Part shown: positions 62,241 through 64,000 of the stretch, one piece after another
Layout of the letters: each line of letters opens with the position of its first letter
Position numbering within the stretch: position 1 is the stretch's first letter
Assembly: GCF_036321535.1 (NCBI RefSeq)
Contig: NC_087446.1
Coordinates: 4,342,001 to 4,406,000 of the forward strand
DNA length: 64,000 nucleotides
Source of the DNA: Camelus dromedarius
Lineage: Eukaryota
Reading direction: 5' to 3'
Program-made: the position numbers and the translations under genes
Notes under the pieces: model-generated
The model's database searches: none
What the model was told of the DNA's origin: nothing
Seen by the model: only the letters and a program-made list of their open reading frames with translations

Positions 62241-63169
62241 TTCTGTGTGCCCCAGGCAGCTGCCTGCCCTTCTCTGGGCCTGTTTCCTAGTCTGTAGAAT
62301 GAGGGCCTAGCCCCCCGTGTGTCTTTAGTCACTTGTGTCCTGTGAATCTCACCCCGGGCTGTGATTGAAATACTGTTGAGCCAGCAAGTTGGGTTCAGAC
62401 CAGGCTAAGGGGGGTTTCTCCGTCACCCCTTGTTCCCGCACCTGTCAGGTGGTCTGAAGGTGGCTGGGAAGCAGGCAACCCAGCCTGAGTCCCTGGTGTT
62501 AGCCCAGGACGAACCCCATGCTGGTCAGGGTTGTCCAGGACTGGGAGTCCCTCCCCTACCGCCCCCTCGACCTGTGACTGCTCAGGGCAGGACACCTCCC
62601 TGTACTCATCTCTCCAGAGGCTGCTTGCTGTGCCTGTCCTGTTTGGGGGCTGAGTGTAAGCAAGAGATGGCCGGAAATTTCAATGCAGCCAGGTGGCCCC
62701 TGCCCCTCGTGGTTCAAGCTGAAAGCCGAGGGGGTAGGGGGTGGGGTTCTGCCCCTTTCTTTACTGTCACCATCACACTGAATTCCCAACTCAGTCTCAG
62801 GCATCTGGCAGATATTGGACTGATGAGGGAGGTGAGGGAAACAGATTGGCTTGATGCCGTGGCGGGGGGTGTATGTCCCACCCCCACTCTCCCAGGCCAC
62901 CTATCCTGGAGCTCACTGCAGCTGGACTGGACAGGATGGGTGGGAGCTGGGCCAGAGCTGCCCAGACCTTTGTGAGTGAGAGAGAAAGGGAGCAAGGCCT
63001 GTCCCAAGGGGGATAGGGAGACTGGCTGAGAGCCATTCTCTCGGTCCATGCCATCCATCCATCCCTCCATTTATTCATTCCTTCGCTCACTCCCCTTCTT
63101 CAGACACCTCGGTGAGCCCCCATGTCTGCTACTGAAGGGCATCAGCTCTGTCCTCGGCAGCTCTTAAGG

Positions 63170-63560
63170 AAAATGGCCCCGGACAAGCCAGTGAGTGGGG
63201 CTGGAGCGCTGCCTGGGGGAAGCTGAGTGGTGGGGGCGCAGGTGGGAAGCATCTGCCCCAGAACCCAAAGAGTGTTTAGGAGGGGAGCCCCGTCCAGGAA
63301 GCAGGCACGAGTCAGCCAGAAGGGAGGAACAGAGGTGTCCAGGGCATAGGCCCCTCCACGGGCAAAGCGGCAGACACACACGAGGCACAGGGAAGGCAGG
63401 GCTTGGAGGGGGGCGTGGGGGGTGGCTGGGGACTGGGGAGCAGGGGGAGGTGGTGCGGCTGGAGCAGAGGTAAGGCGAGGGAGTGGGACGCCAGCACCCA
63501 GTCTGGTGTGGGTTAGCGAGCAGCAGTGGGGCAGGGAGGAGGGGAGGATGGTCGGGCTTG
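63170..63560 (-). mobile_element. L2 LINE fragment
   Basis: 'catctgcccca...ccaggaagcagg...agaggtgtccagggcatagg...gtgcggctggagcagagg' resembles degenerate antisense L2. Confidence 0.4.
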
Positions 63561-64000
63561 GAGCTTGGACGTGGCCATGGTCCATGGGTGGGAGCCCCTA
63601 CTTGGGGTGGACAGGGGGAGGTCTGGGAGAACAAAAGGATGAATCTGGTTGCCAATCTCTCTGGGACAATCAGCCAAACCTTCCCAGCTGCTTCCCCCTT
63701 TCGGCCACCCTCACGGAGAGGGCTACCTCCCAGCCAGGCCCGTGGTTTCTGGGAGGGGAAGGTAGCCAGTGGACTCCAGATCTGGCTGCCTCAGCTGTCC
63801 GAGTCCACGATAAATGACTTCACTGCCATGAGCATAAGGGTATAGCTCCCTGAGCTTGCACTTGACAGGAAGAGCCCAGAGGCCTACTGTGCGCTGGGCA
63901 CGTGCGGAGCACACACCAGCCCCATCAGCTCGCACCGTCCTCACGCCGGCCCTGTGAGCGGGCAAGTATCGATTCTGTGGTACTGCTGAGAAAACAGGCC

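Noticed and set aside
1..64000. A novel multi-gene or prokaryote-like system
   Set aside because: No coding genes, operon structure, RNA genes or intact mobile-element ORFs are supported; the content fits a regulatory upstream region plus a promoter.

Overview
GC-rich mammalian (eutherian) genomic DNA, most likely camelid. The lineage call rests on a tRNA-Ala-derived Vic-1-type SINE and three young copies of a camelid-type L1 3' end. I see no protein-coding exon: the ORF track is explained by high GC, low-complexity DNA and repeat relics. About 60 kb (1-60,000) is a gene-poor upstream region. It is filled with old MIR, L2, L1M, MaLR and ERV1 relics and punctuated by non-repetitive, AT-richer, motif-dense islands that look like enhancers. 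The window ends in a strong CpG island (~60.3-61.7 kb) holding a plus-strand first exon with a splice donor at 60948|60949, several (GCG)n tracts and a poly-alanine upstream ORF. The gene cannot be named securely because its coding exons lie beyond the window; CASZ1 is an unverified guess. I find no evidence for a new multi-gene system. The best leads are the uORF/GCG-repeat architecture of the leader, the candidate enhancers, and the local transposon history. Repeat family names come from recalled consensus sequences, and boundaries without TSDs are approximate.
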